Shown in pieces: positions 26,208-40,044 of a stretch of DNA of 64,000 nucleotides. Under the pieces are notes generated by a model. That model was not told where the DNA came from and did not search any database. It saw only the letters and a list, made by a program, of their open reading frames with translations. This DNA comes from Gordius albopunctatus (Eukaryota), in assembly GCA_964276515.1 (NCBI GenBank), contig OZ193910.1, forward strand, positions 4,712,001 through 4,776,000, written 5' to 3'. Each line of letters opens with the position of its first letter. The first letter of the stretch is position 1. The translations under genes and the position numbers were made by a program.

Positions 26208-26786
26208 TGTTGTGACGGGCGCGCTATCTAGCGCGCCCTAGGGTGTGCTGAGGGGGTATTATAGTCTTAAGAAAAAGAGCCACCCACACCCACACTGTTA
26301 GTCTCCTTTCTTGGTGAAGACATTCAGTGTGGGTGTGTTGAATACCGACCATTAGCTAGTCTATTATTTTTTCATAGAGACTCGATGGACCCTTTGATAT
26401 ATGCTAAGGGGGTGTTATTAGATAGTTGTTATTGACATCCTTGTGCGTGCTATAGTTGTTAAATTGCTAACTTTTTTCAACTCCAGCTACCATCTGCTCG
26501 AGTTTCTGCTCGGCCCTAGAGAATTTTTATATGCTACTGCTCTGCCTAGTGCACCAAACAGCGAGCACATATTGTGTTAACGCGCATATTAAGCAACTCA
26601 GTGTGTGTGCTCGCGTTTGGAGTTTGAAGAAACTTAGCAATTTAACAACTCTAGTGCGTGCAGTGCAGTTAAACTTGTTAATCTCTAAGCTATCCTATCT
26701 ATAAAGTGTACTAATATTAAATTAAAGACTTTGCTAAGCTAATACAAAAAGATTACCGGACAGGACATTCAACTTTTATTACAACA
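26208..26786. mobile_element. Solo LTR
   Basis: Termini TGTTGTGA...TTACAACA. Flanks ATTAG/ATTAA form an imperfect 5-bp TSD. Internal TATAAA and ATTAAA at ~26700-26726. Confidence 0.7.
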
Positions 26787-28229
26787 ATTAAGCCAGGGGC
26801 GTACGCAGGGTTGTATAAATTTTTTTTTTTTTGGGGGGGGGGGGAAGGGAGGGTTACAATATCAAATAAATTTTTTCTAAGCTTGGTGTTTTTGTTATGC
26901 CCCTCCAAAAATATATTGTTCTTAAGCCCTTGTAATTTTAACACAAATTATAAATTATTTTATCTGTAATAAGTTAAATCACAACAGACATTTTATTTTA
27001 AAAAAATATTAACGTAGGGAGAATATAACCATATAAACTAATTAAATTATTTGCAGATTGTTACAGCTATTTAAACATACTCTATATTTTAAATTAGCAG
27101 ACGACAATTTATTTATTTTATTAGTCAGGGTATTGACGGTGGACGAGAATATTCTTTCGCTAGGGACTGACTTAGGGGCTTGTCCCAAATAATCCTGTGT
27201 GGTATTTATTTTTTAAACTTTTATTTTTAACGCCAAATTATCCTTGTTTCATTTCCGATAAATTAATTGTAAGTATTCGTGGCATAGGTTAGGCAATATA
27301 AAAATATAGAATCAAATAAACATTTCCAGGGGGGGGGGGAAAGCTGGCAAAAATTTTATTATATTCTATTTGTAATTAAAAATAAAAATAAACAACCAAC
27401 AAGTCGGGCACGCTGCTGGGCCCAATCGGTTAAGGGGTGGGGCAGGCTACCGTAGGAAAAATCGTTTTTAGCCGATAAAATAGTTACAAAAAATTTAATT
27501 ATGAAAATTTTATAACCCCCTCCTTCAGAAAATCCTTCTTATGTTTCTAGGTTTTTATAAGTGTCTTGAAGTCTTTGATGTAACAAAACTATAATATTTT
27601 AACCCATTTAATTTAATTATTAATCAAAAAACTTTTCAGGAATTTCCCGTCCACCCCCCTCAATTACGCCACTGTTTTATCCACAGTGTTGCTATTTAAT
27701 GTTAAAAAGAAGTAAATAGTACAAATACAAATACAAAGTACCCCCTACCCCTCATGCCTTATTTGTTTCATCAATGTGATGGTTAATGTAACTAATGTAA
27801 TGGCACATGTGGCGGTTCTATTTTCTACAATTTAGGACCATGGGAGGGAATTAGTAAAAAAAGGGACCTTACACCTTACACTAGGCAAGCGCGTATTACG
27901 AGGGAACTTTATAAGGGTGTGGCTTCTTATTCTCTTTCTTCCCATTAAGGCATGGGTGTAAAATGGCGCGCCGCATAACAACACTACCTAGGATCTAAGA
28001 GCAGATTAGAATGCACCATGTGCTTCGTAGAGATAAAGCTGCGGGATGGCCGCGACTCGTGGAACAATGGGAAAGGGTTCACATAGTTTTTTTTGAATGG
28101 GGAAGGAAAAATTACATCATCGTGGTCGATATGTTAATTTCAAAGTTTGATATGGATATTTATCATAAGGTATCTACTTTTTTTGTCCTAAAGTTTCGCA
28201 AATTAAAGATGCTATCTGAAGATAAAAAG

Positions 28230-28890
28230 CCCATGTAAAATCTACGGTTAAAGATTCCTAAATAATTCCAAACAAGATGAACCTGGCTCCTCTTGCATTA
28301 GTCATCCACCTATAAGCAATACAGTTCAGGTGTGCAACTTAACGAAATCATATCTATGTGAGGAATCTGCTGAAGCAAATATAAATATTTCAATTTAAGA
28401 AGATTAGTCACACAAAAGATTCAATCTAACGATGTTGACATCTATCTGGGATTAAATTTAATGGAGATGTTTGGATAGACTTGATTTTATGGTGGAAAGA
28501 ACATCAACCTATGCTACACAATTTAACAAAATTAGCTATTAAACTTATGCAAATTCCAGCCACCAGCGCCACGAGTAAGCACCTTCAGCAAGGCAAGAGG
28601 TGTTTTAGAAGATAGAAGGGGCTTATTGCCTGATAAAATAGGTAGCCTTTTATCAAATTATAATTTTTTATTAAATCCGATTTTATATGCTCTCGCTTAG
28701 TTACTTTATGAACATAAATATGTTTTTTATGCAAAATAATAATTTTTAAACAACGTCGACTTGTTATTAGTGCGATCCTGATGCGGCGCAATTTTGGTTT
28801 TTAACTGCGGACTGGGTGCGGGCTGAAAAAAATATTTTGGGGGGTTATGGGACGGGTCTGAACCCATAATTTCGCCCATGCAATTCTCTA
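28230..28890 (+). mobile_element. hAT 3' fragment
   Basis: Reads LAIKLMQIPATSATS..FSKARGVLEDRR (dimerization domain). GCGGG subterminal repeats and a TIR-like end CCCATGCAATTCTCTA. Confidence 0.6.
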
Positions 28891-29609
28891 GAGGATACTT
28901 TTTTTTATTAATTATTTTGATGTCTAAATTATTATAATATCAATTATTATCATTTTAACAAAAATTTACTTAACTTACTAAAATAAATATGTTAAATTAA
29001 GACAAAATTCATAAGTTTTAATATAAAATACATTGTAATTGTATGATAATATAGTTAATTCTTACGTTTTATAAACCAAGCATACATTAATATATGCGCC
29101 TAAACCCAAACAGGTGGAGGTAGTAAGGGGCATGGCCCAACTGACATAAAAATAATTATGCTTTAATAAAAATTATTATGCTTATCATTAACTTTTTATT
29201 AAGTCCTTTGATTTAAATTTCGGCTTATGTAACTATGGATTAAATAATATCAAAACAAATTAACGGATATTATACTACGCGCGTCTTATTTAAGGTGCCT
29301 AGTTTAAAATAGAATAATTGGTCTAAAATCTAGCAAAATATGATAAAATCTTATTGAAGAATATGCTATTAAAATAAAACAGTATAAAATATTATTTATA
29401 AATGTTAATACTATACATTTTATACCCTTCTAATTAAATTGATCTTTTTTTATTAAGATATATCCAAAAAATTGCAATAACATCTTTTATTAAAGTTTTG
29501 AACAAGTGTTTTATGAAAGTGTATATATTATAATTATATATAAAATTAAATGACTTGTGGATTGACTAATTTAATGATAAATGCGTTTGCTCCAACTTCC
29601 ACATTTACT

Positions 29610-32600
29610 TTAAATACTGTTGCTTATGGTGACATCTATAAAATATGATTTGAGGATAGTAAATATTATATTTTAATAGAATTTACTTGAATCATGCCAC
29701 GCTGCTAAATTTATGTCTTCAATATCGTCACAGGTCAAAAGAGGATTACTAAAAATAATAAAAATTGCTTGGATATCATAATAAAATATTGATAAGATGT
29801 TCAGATATAAGGCGCGCAAATTACGCCCGATGGCACAGAACGGATATAGTTAAAATCTAATCAGAGACTGCCAAATTATTTTATAATTTATTGTTAGGTC
29901 ATTTTTTTATAATTAGAGGGTATATGTGGGTAAATTAAATTAAGGAATTAAAATAAATAAAGTTAGTCGCGGCGCAGGTTATGTAAAATGCTCAAACCCT
30001 CTTCAAAAAACAGTGAATTAATTGATATTATGGCAGTCATACACCCATTGTTTTTTTTCTCATCTATAGATCGTATCTTAAGTACTTTAAATGTGTATGG
30101 GAATAAATAGTGGCCTGCAGTGTCCTAGCCAAGATATTAATATTTGGGAACTAAATCGAGCGGACTAAATCTCTGAGGCGGAAATCGAAATTGTGAGTAA
30201 ACAGAGATTAGGGAAAGTATTGAGACTAGATAACGTCTTTAAGGGGGTATTAAATCCTCACCCGCCTATTTGCCAGCATCTTTAAAAGGGATTAAATATC
30301 TAACGAATCGAGGGATACTTTGATACAGATTTAATATATTACAGTTTATATTTAAGATTGTAATAACTAAAGACGGTTGGAACTTATTAGTTCGACTAGA
30401 CTAAATCACTAGAATAATATAAAGGGGAACTTAAAAGTTTAAAGTCCGTCAATTTATCATATTCTAATTTTATAGGGAAGTGATTGGAAAAGTAAATATA
30501 ATAATAAGCTATAATAAATTTTTAAAACACACTTGAAACTTGGTTTGAAGAATACTTTTTTTTGAATGATGTTGATACTATCTGAATTTTGGCATATAAG
30601 TTTAGCTAGGGAAACTTTTCTAATTTCTTGTAATTGTCCTGAATATAATAAATAAATTACCATTACTTACTAATACAATACTAATGGAATTCTTTTAATA
30701 TATTTAAATTACATATAAGCGCATTAACGAATGTCATTAGTGTCAATTAAATGTACTCGGAGTGAAGGCGTGGTCAATGACACCTTCTCGGTTTCCGTTT
30801 TCATACCAAAATCGATCTCCAAATCTGAGCCTAAAAAACTGATCTCCCAAAATGCAAGCAAACGTAGGTCCAAGTTCTGCTCCTTCTGCATGGTACTCGG
30901 ATACACCCGCTGGAAACAGGTCAACGTCGTCAACCTCACTAAAAATGTATGCATTTTTTTAAAGCATTATATTATGTTTTTAAACCCATGCTGGTTTAAA
31001 TTTCACCAGCATATTATCTCACTATATTTTAATTTACTTTTCACGTGCAGGTCGAGTCCATTTCGTGTAGACCTAATTAGAAGTGTACTAATCCAATTGG
31101 CCGGCCCCCTTTATTAATTTCGTGTATGCATGTTTGAACCCATGATGTCATAGGCGTAGTCAGCATTGGAATTAGAGGGGGGGGGGACAATAATGATTAA
31201 GGGAGGGGCAAAATGAACATTAATTTAAAATTTTAGCCACAATTTCAATAAATCCTAACAAACTTTTGGATTTAGAGGGGGCAACCGCCCCTCCCTGCCC
31301 CCCCCCTCCCCCTTGCCACGCCCATGAATTGTGCCATAAGTTTATTGGAAGCTCAATATTTATAAGGAGATAGCCAACCTATCACTTCTTATGATATATA
31401 TATAGATTAGAGGTGTGCATGGATCATATTTTTTTGATCCGATCCAATCCGAGGGGTTTTTGAAAAATTTCATATCCATCCGATCCGATCCGAGTTTTTT
31501 AAAATCTAAATCCGATCCGATCCGAGTTTTGACGGATCGGATGTCGGATCGGATTGATCCGTGCACACCTCTAATATAGATAGCATAATATAAAATATGT
31601 CTAAATTAAAGGCTAAATTATCAAATGCTGCATGCACCTCGCGGAATTCTATATGTAATACACGTTACAGTTACAATTAATGCTATGCGTTTCAAGTCGA
31701 TAATTAACATTTGTGGTTGTGGAATTAATGTGTATAAACGACTTTGAATTTAACTCGATCTAATAGTCTTATCTGCTATTACATACAAGATTCTGTTGGG
31801 AAGACTAAATTAATGTTCAATTTTTTCATTTTTTTAAAATATTTTTTGATATATATACCCATTTTAACATGTTACTAACTTATATATGGCTTTCATCTGA
31901 TCTACAACTTCGCTAGGCATTTCTTCCTTCATCTCTTCCCAATTGGCGAAACGTCTAAGGCCACACACTTCCCTAAATTCATTGTACCCTGGTATGCCAT
32001 GGTCGCGTCCTCTATGTATATTAAGCGCCAATAAATCCATACCTAAAAATATGTAATAAAACTATACTTATATGACCTCTTATTTAGTCAATATTACAAA
32101 TACCTATCAGAATGTAGAAAATGCTAATTAATTTGTCCCCTATTTATTAACTTAAAGCGAATTGAATTAAAACCCAGGAAATTTGTTTAATCATAATAAA
32201 TAAGGTCTATTATAATGTTATTCCAGATCTATTGAAATTAATCTTTTACCATATCCCTGATTTTCGTGTTGAAACAAGTGATTATTGATATCAACAGCGA
32301 AGTTATGATCAACTGTATTTGCTGGTTGACGAATGAGTCCTCTCAATAGTGGATCAACACCTTCAGGAAATTCTGCTAGGTATATTCCTTTCGGCAATCG
32401 CAAGGTATTTTTCAAAGGGACCGATGAATGATAAATGCCCAAATAGCCAATACGTTGGAATTCATTACTAAAGTCGCATAAAACATAATTTTGAAATAAA
32501 AATCTACATATGTTTATTGAATATCTCCAAAAGACTTGTTATCAGCTGTCGATTTTTATAAAAAATATAAAGAATAAAGTAATTTACAATGATTGATCAA

Positions 32601-35600
32601 ATGTTATTTTAATAAATCCAATATTTTTGCAACAGGGTTCGCACAAACAATTAGAATCCAGCAAGTTTACAAAAAAATTCATAATTTTTTCCTCGACATA
32701 ATTTTGCTAAATGAAATTTGGTGTACTTAATTAAACTGTGCCCAAATCGAAGTACGGCCGCACCGAAAGCATTTGCCGTCGTTGCTTCTACGCTTTCATC
32801 ATATCCTGAGAAGTAACCGGTGTCAGCTAATTCTAGCTTGTGCCTTTGAATTTCTAGGGGCCCTAGTATAGCTGGAAGCCATTCCTTATAGGTAATATGC
32901 TGCATCATAGCACCTATGATTTTCCTCGTCTCCTGGAATCTAGAGGATTGTTAAGCTTTCTAATTAAACAATGGGACCAATAATATTCTTGCTTATTGTT
33001 ATATGGCAACAAATTATATTTTATTAGGTTATATAATAAAAGTCTTATTTAAAATTTTTAAACCCTTTCTCTGCTGACCAGTGCGGATTTATATTCCACA
33101 ACCATTCAGCTATCCTATTGTGTTCACGGAGCCATATTGTATGCATCGTTGTTAAAGCCGTATTTTCATTACTTCTTTCATCACCTAAATTACAAAATTA
33201 AGGAGTTACATAAGATTTGATAAAGTAATTTTGTTACTAGCCATATGTAAATTAGTTGGTTATACGCTTTATCTGATAAATATATATGTGCCAAACCTGC
33301 CCTAAAACAATTATATTTCGATCTCCTAGCATAAATGCATTCTTCTATTTGCAGATTATTCATGGCTGGCAATAGCTCCCTCATCAAGTGATTAAAGGGG
33401 TGTGGTTGTGTCTTCATCAAAGCTATTAATATCAATATTTAGTTAACAAATAATTTATAATAATAGTGCCGAGAGTCAAAATATTAGAATAATATTTTCA
33501 CATATAATTTACGCGTTGATGTTTCCCTTAGAGCCAAATTTTCCTCTATAACGCTTCCATACAAATTGGATGTATCGATATATGAAGTGATTTGATTCAT
33601 TTGTTCCCTATAACCTTAAAAACATTATATAATTTTTTTAAATAGCATCATTTAAATAAGCTTATATTAAATAATACTTTAAAACTAGTATGGTTATGGT
33701 ACTTATAAATATATTTTAAATCATACGGGTTACATATAGAATGGTGTATATTTTATCTCAATGTGACACATTTAAAACGACTAATACGTCATGGTTTACT
33801 TTACAATCAAAGTCATATTTAAGCTCACACTATCTATTGACTCTGGAAAACGAAGGAGAGGAAGACCCAAGCTCACCTGGATTTATAAAATACGGCACTA
33901 TATGAAAGTCCTCAAGATAAAGAAAGATCTATGTAAACATAGAAACAAATGGAAACGTATGCTGAAAGGACTGACCACCAGCCTAGGTGACAAACAGTCA
34001 TAGAAAGAAGAAGAATATGTACTTATAAATAGAGAATAATTGCACTCTTCGATTATAATAAGTGTTAGTTTGTTAGCTTTTGATCTGAAGTTAAAAAAAT
34101 AGCAAGTTTTCGAAAAATGTATTCACATTAACATTTTATTCAAAGTATCTTATTTTAGAAATTTATAGGAAATGAATATTTTTTACATTACCTAATTTGC
34201 AATCAGGCCGAAGGGCAGGATGTGAGCGTACGGCATTCATGCATGTTTGATTGTACTTGCTGTAGAATGGATCATTAGAAGGAAATTGTAAGCCATAACA
34301 CAGAGGGTGCTTATATTTGAAAAAGCAACATTCTAATTTCGGGGACTGCCTCCCTATAAATATACGAAAATATATGATCAAATATTGGCAATAATTAAAT
34401 GTTCACTAAGAATTGATATATTCAATTGTATATAGCCTTAAAACTAATATGAAATATATGAATCATCTTTTATAAAATTTTAAGATACAAATAAATGCGC
34501 TATCGTTATGAAGTATTTTCTTAACATTGGTAATAATAAAACGAAATGAATTTGAAAAATTAGTAAGGCTTGTACGAATGATTCTAAAAACCTATAGGTC
34601 TAGCCTGTATTTTATTTCATAAAAAGGCATAAGTTTTAACATAGGACAAATTCAAAATTAAGGATTTAAGAATATTTGCAACGATCAATAAAATTGAATA
34701 AATAGATCTTATATAGACAAATGTAAATTTTTGATAAATTAAAAGTGTATTATAATAAGTTTATATGATTGTGTTTAATAATAAAATTTTTGTTCCATTT
34801 AATATAGATCCGCCTCATTTCCTCTTAAAAAGTTATATTAAAGATTAACTTAATGTGCTTTTATAATTTTTACTTTGTTTTAACTGATGAACGACGATTA
34901 AATATTAATTCTTTGGGTTAATAGATAAATCAGTATTTAAATAATTTTGTTCGAAATTTTTAACTTTCATGAGGAGGGGTTAATTAATACAGGTAAAATA
35001 TCGACTTTAAAAATAAGGAACAAGGTTGGAATTTGTCATATCAAAGACCATTAAAAGCCTCTGAGTAAAATTTTTTGGATCTGACTATTTATTAAGATGG
35101 ACTTCCCTAGGACTTGAAGAATGCTTTGATTATCCTAGTGCTCATAATTTTTAGCAGAACCTTTAAAAGAGAAATAACACACTTGGGTTTAAGGAGTTGT
35201 ATTTCATTAATCGGTTTTAACTAATACCAAAATTTATGACTTATAAATTAATCCTTTGATCAATATAGTAAAAGCTCAAATAATGAATCTCTATTAATAA
35301 CTCCTAGAATTTGAGGGTGCTTTTGTTGATTATTGGCAATCGCTTACCTAATATATTATGCTTCTGACAATCACAACCAAAAAATATAATTATATTAAGG
35401 CGGTTGTTAACTTTCAAATATAATTAACTATTGATGGATGTCCTTAAAACGGCCTTAGTTCTCAAAATATTAAGCCTATATTTAGCAATTTTTATATAAA
35501 TTTTTAAGGCGACTTATGTATTTTTATGTGTGCTTTTTTGTATACAAGGTTTTGTTAAGGCGTCGGCGCTATAGTGATTATATACGTTCCTAAATAACAT

Positions 35601-37229
35601 GGGCTTTAATGAAGGGAAGATATGTGTCACATAGTCTATGGTATTAATAATATCATATAATGGCACGTCATAACAATGTTTTTATGAACATATGGGCGTA
35701 GGTATGATTGAAATTAGAGGGGGGCAATAATGATTTGGGGGAGGGCAAAATGATAAGTTTTCGTAATTTTAGCCATACCCCCTACCTCCCCCTGGCTAAG
35801 CTCATGTATGCATATCTTATTTATAACATTAACGAATTCTTGTAGGATATAGGGTGTAAACTGTAAAGTAAATATATTTTATAAAATGGTAACCTGTGGG
35901 AAAGGGGGTTTGTGTTATATCATGATCCAAGAACTGCCCAAATGTCATAGTAATTAGAGTAAGCTCAGGATGAGGCTTATCCTCGTGGCCAAAGACACTT
36001 GAAGTAATTAATCTCGCGTTAGGCAGAAAATCTCCAGATTTTGACCTTCTCGGAGTGTTAACGCCTTAATTTAAAATAATTTTGGACAAAATTTTTACAT
36101 TAAGCTTATAAATATTTTGTCAAAACTTATGTTTATTTTTTGTTACCATCTCCATAATCTGGATAGAGGATTCTACGGTGAGGTATATTTGTCATACCCC
36201 AATGCTTGAATTTTAAATTATTACAGAATCCATCCAGTTCTCGATATGTTTTATCACAGGGATGAGTTCTCAAATCCTTCTTTATCTTACATTTGTTTAG
36301 TAGCGAGGTCCCGTTTAAGTTTATAGATTCCAGATATTTTCCAATTTCTTTAGGGCTCATAGAATCTCTTAATTATTACAATAAAATTTGCAAATTACTA
36401 AATCAACAAACTTTAGCATATTCTTTAAAATATCCGCCACATATGCATATTCTAACCCAATTTCACCGTATATTGTAAAAATCGTTAGGGGATAGGTGAA
36501 TTCAGCTATCGTCAAATGCTTTATACCTATAATAATTTGTAATGTAGTTTTTACTCATCGAGGATATTAAGATTATTTAAATATTATAACAAATTATAAC
36601 ATGTAATACTACAAGTTTTTAATACCTAACTTAAAATTAAAATCATATCTAAAGTTATTATATCGCATTTTAGTTGCTCACTACCTTCAAATTAAACTTT
36701 TTGCTTAAAAAAAGAAAAAATCGTTACGGTTTCATGTATATTAAGTTTTCATGTACCTAAATTAAACAAATATTTTGCAGCTCTTTGATCCAAATTCTGG
36801 CTATGCCCATTGAACAATTATGGAATTATTATAAAAGCTTAGCATCATCATAACTTACTATCAAATTTAAAAAATGTGAATAAATTTTAAATATATTTGG
36901 AATTTGAAGCTTATTTAAAATTTTAATGTTAAATTGTTCATAATTTCTAATGTATCCTAGTCGATTTATGAAATCTAGAAGACATAAATTCACTAATGCA
37001 TAATATTTATACTTTAACAAATTAATACATTCTACTAGTATTTTTTAAGTAGTAAATTACTTTTGTCAAAGACAAGACTAGTAAAATCATCGCGATAATC
37101 TAAAAGTCTGGTGGATCCGATGTGGAGCGCTGTTTTGAGATCTCTAGCATCAATAAACCTTTTGCAATTTACTATTTCTAACACTGCGCCAATGACAATT
37201 ACCAATATTAAATTGGATTTCACGCCCAT
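29610..37229 (-). CDS. Secreted animal heme peroxidase (chorion peroxidase/peroxinectin-like), 15 exons, ~718 aa
   Basis: Exons 37229-37061, 36526-36412, 36367-36147, 36064-35894, 34353-34192, 33614-33513, 33422-33297, 33184-33064, 32939-32727, 32467-32250, 32042-31880, 30938-30757, 30638-30533, 29748-29687, 29635-29610 (2157 nt, in frame; the last exon is uncertain). Signal peptide plus motifs [66 protein letters not shown] and GDRFWYE. Confidence 0.93.
31408..31573. mobile_element. hAT-type MITE with GATCC repeats in a peroxidase intron
   Basis: TIR TAGAGGTGTGCA / TGCACACCTCTA. Perfect 8-bp TSD ATATAGAT. Confidence 0.9.
33712..34015 (+). mobile_element. 5'-truncated RTE LINE insertion in a peroxidase intron
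   Basis: [13 protein letters not shown]-terminal motif, (GAA)n tail, and 13-bp TSD GTACTTATAAATA (33699-33711 / 34019-34031). Confidence 0.8.
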
Positions 37230-40044
37230 AACTATAAAAATAAAAAGGCACTTAATTATAAATTAAAATTTTTTTTATATAATAAATCTGTCATTTTGTA
37301 TATGATGTAAAAGTTAATACAATTGATAATTCTTGAGTTAATTATATAATTTGTGGCAAGTTGTAGCTAATAACGAATGAAAGTTTGCTTTTATTTTATT
37401 TTAGATAGCAATACTCTTATACAAGGTTCCATGGGTTTTTTACACAATATACTATAAAATTATTTGGAATTTTTAAGCCAAAGTAGAATTTAAGATCCTT
37501 TTAAATTATAATTTAATCCCTTATCATAAATCAGCAATCAGAATTTTATGCGTAAACTCTAAATTAATTTTTTCCCTATAATGATGAGAAACGCATTTCA
37601 AAAATCTGACATACGTCGTACACCTACACACGTCTAAATGCAATAACCATAAATTTTGGTGTGTAAATTAAAAAAGCTTTTGAACGATTTTTCGATGCAA
37701 ATCGTTCTCTCATATGTCATTTCGGGTTAATTATATCACGGAAAAAACTTTGTCTTAAATTACGAGACGTCAAGTAACAATTCTTTAGTGGAAATGTTGG
37801 TTTTTCCACAAACGAAAAAGAAAGTTGTCAAGCGATTTCTTAAAGAAACACTGAGCTCATATTAATGAATAATTAATATAAAGGTGAATGTACCTAGAAG
37901 CCCCTTGAATGATCAATAATTTGAACCTGAATAAAAGGGTCTCAGAAGTTTCGTGAAAAGCGGTCTATTTCCAAATTGCAAAAAATAACTATTAGTTTTC
38001 AAACAAAAATTTTACAAAATGTCTTCCCCTCTTCTGCTTTATCCCAATGTCTTTCAAAAAAAGGAAATTACACAACTAAATCGCCTTTAGGGCCTAAATA
38101 CCTTTGACAAGCTAGTTTCACGAAAGGTGTAAAAAGTGTGTGAAGCGGGGCACAGTGTATTTGTGTAAAATGTCAAAAAAGTCCTAGGGTAATTGGCTAG
38201 CCTAAAAAATACCATATATTTGGGGGAGCAAATACCAAAACACCATGGGCTAGAAACCGGATCTAAATGTCAATTATGAACATATATATATTAGTAAAAT
38301 TTTGACATAATGTCCTGATTCTTGCATTACTTCATTGTGCTAGAAAAATGGACCTCAAACTTTAAACTAGTTCTTTATTTTTGCTCAAATTAATAAAATA
38401 ATTATTTGTGATTATAATAGTATTGAGCTAATGGGTTGAATTATGTATAATAAAAATAATAACGTAATGGGCTACGATTTGTAATGTCTAAACTAGGCAG
38501 AACCCTTTTTCTTAGTTTAACGTTTATCATAATTATTATAATATAATAAATGTAAGATTTACCTTACATAAACCTAAAATGTAATTGTTAATTTTTTTTA
38601 CGGGTATTAATAGTTTTATTATAAGACCTTAGAAAATTAAATTTTAAACTAAATCATGATATTTTGATAACATGTTAATAATTCTATCGAATTAAATAGG
38701 ACTCTTTAACCCTGAGGCAACCGTAGGAAAATTATTTTACAAACATAACACGTTATTTAAAATTTTAAATTTAGCCTTCTCACTGCTTATAGTTTGAAGA
38801 CGTTTTCTGATAAATTTTTCACGTGCTAGACAAGCCAAATTTTTAATTTAATATAAGGAGGGGAGGGGAGGGGAACTAAAAAAACTACTTTATACAATAT
38901 TTTCGGTTCACTTATCAAAGTAAAAGAAGTTAGTCGATAATTTATTTAGTATTATATTAATGAAATATATCAATGCTGGTGAAACTTAAAATATTCTGTT
39001 TTTAATATTTATTAGTTTGTAGAAAAAAATGGTCTCTTATACAAATTTAAGTCAAGGTAAGAGGAATTTAAAGGAGTTTGATTATTTAATAAAACTAGAA
39101 AGTTAAATTCACCTCTTTCAACTTAAATTTTTTTAAAGTAAATACAGGATTAATTAAAGAGGTTGTTTAAACAAGACTTAATATAAATGACCAGTTAGTT
39201 TGTGTTGTGAAAAAATTACCATAGAAAAAGAATTAAAGTGTTCATATTTTAAATTATTTTTGCGATCATAACATTAATAATAATAGGATTTGAAAAATAA
39301 TATTATAAGCCAGATATTTTGTGAACTCTGAAACGCAGAGCCTTAAAGAGTTAAAATGATTTTAGATAATTAATTCTTTTTAGTTACGTGTTGGAATGTG
39401 GGAACGTTGACGGGGAAGAGCATCGGGGTCGCACAGATGCTAAAAAGAAGAAAGATACACATCGCCTGCCTACAAGAGACGAGGTAGAACAGAACGAAAG
39501 CTCGAGAATTAGGAGAAGGATACAAGCTTTTCTACAGTGGGTCATCAAATCGTAGAAACGGGGTCGGTATCGTTCTAAGTGAATCGTTGAAGGACAATGT
39601 GGTGGAAGTAAAGCGTTGTTCCAACAGGCTAATGTGGGTGAAGATTGCAGATCAAGGGGGCCTCCTAATCGTTATGTGCGCGTATGCTACCCAAATTGGA
39701 TGTTTGGAATCAGAGAAAGACATATTCCTCGATTCATTGGAAAAGGAAATACAAGGAATATGACAAGAAAAAAGGCTAATTTTGGGGCCGATTTCAACGC
39801 TCACGTAGGGAAAGATCGCCTCGGGTATGAACGCAATCATGGAGACTATGGGCATGGTCTGAAGAACAAAGAAGGGGAAAAACTTCTCCAAGTATCCCAA
39901 GCATATGACATGGCGATCGTTAACACCTATTTTCAAAAGCGCGAAGATCATATTGTGATCTATAGAAGTGGGAAGCATTTTAGTCAAATCGACTAATTGT
40001 TTATACGGCGAAAGGACTTATGGAGTATCAAGGATTGCAAAGTA

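Noticed and set aside
36829..37020. Possible additional peroxidase exon
   Set aside because: The phase of its best donor is incompatible with the next exon, and exons 1 and 2 already join in frame.
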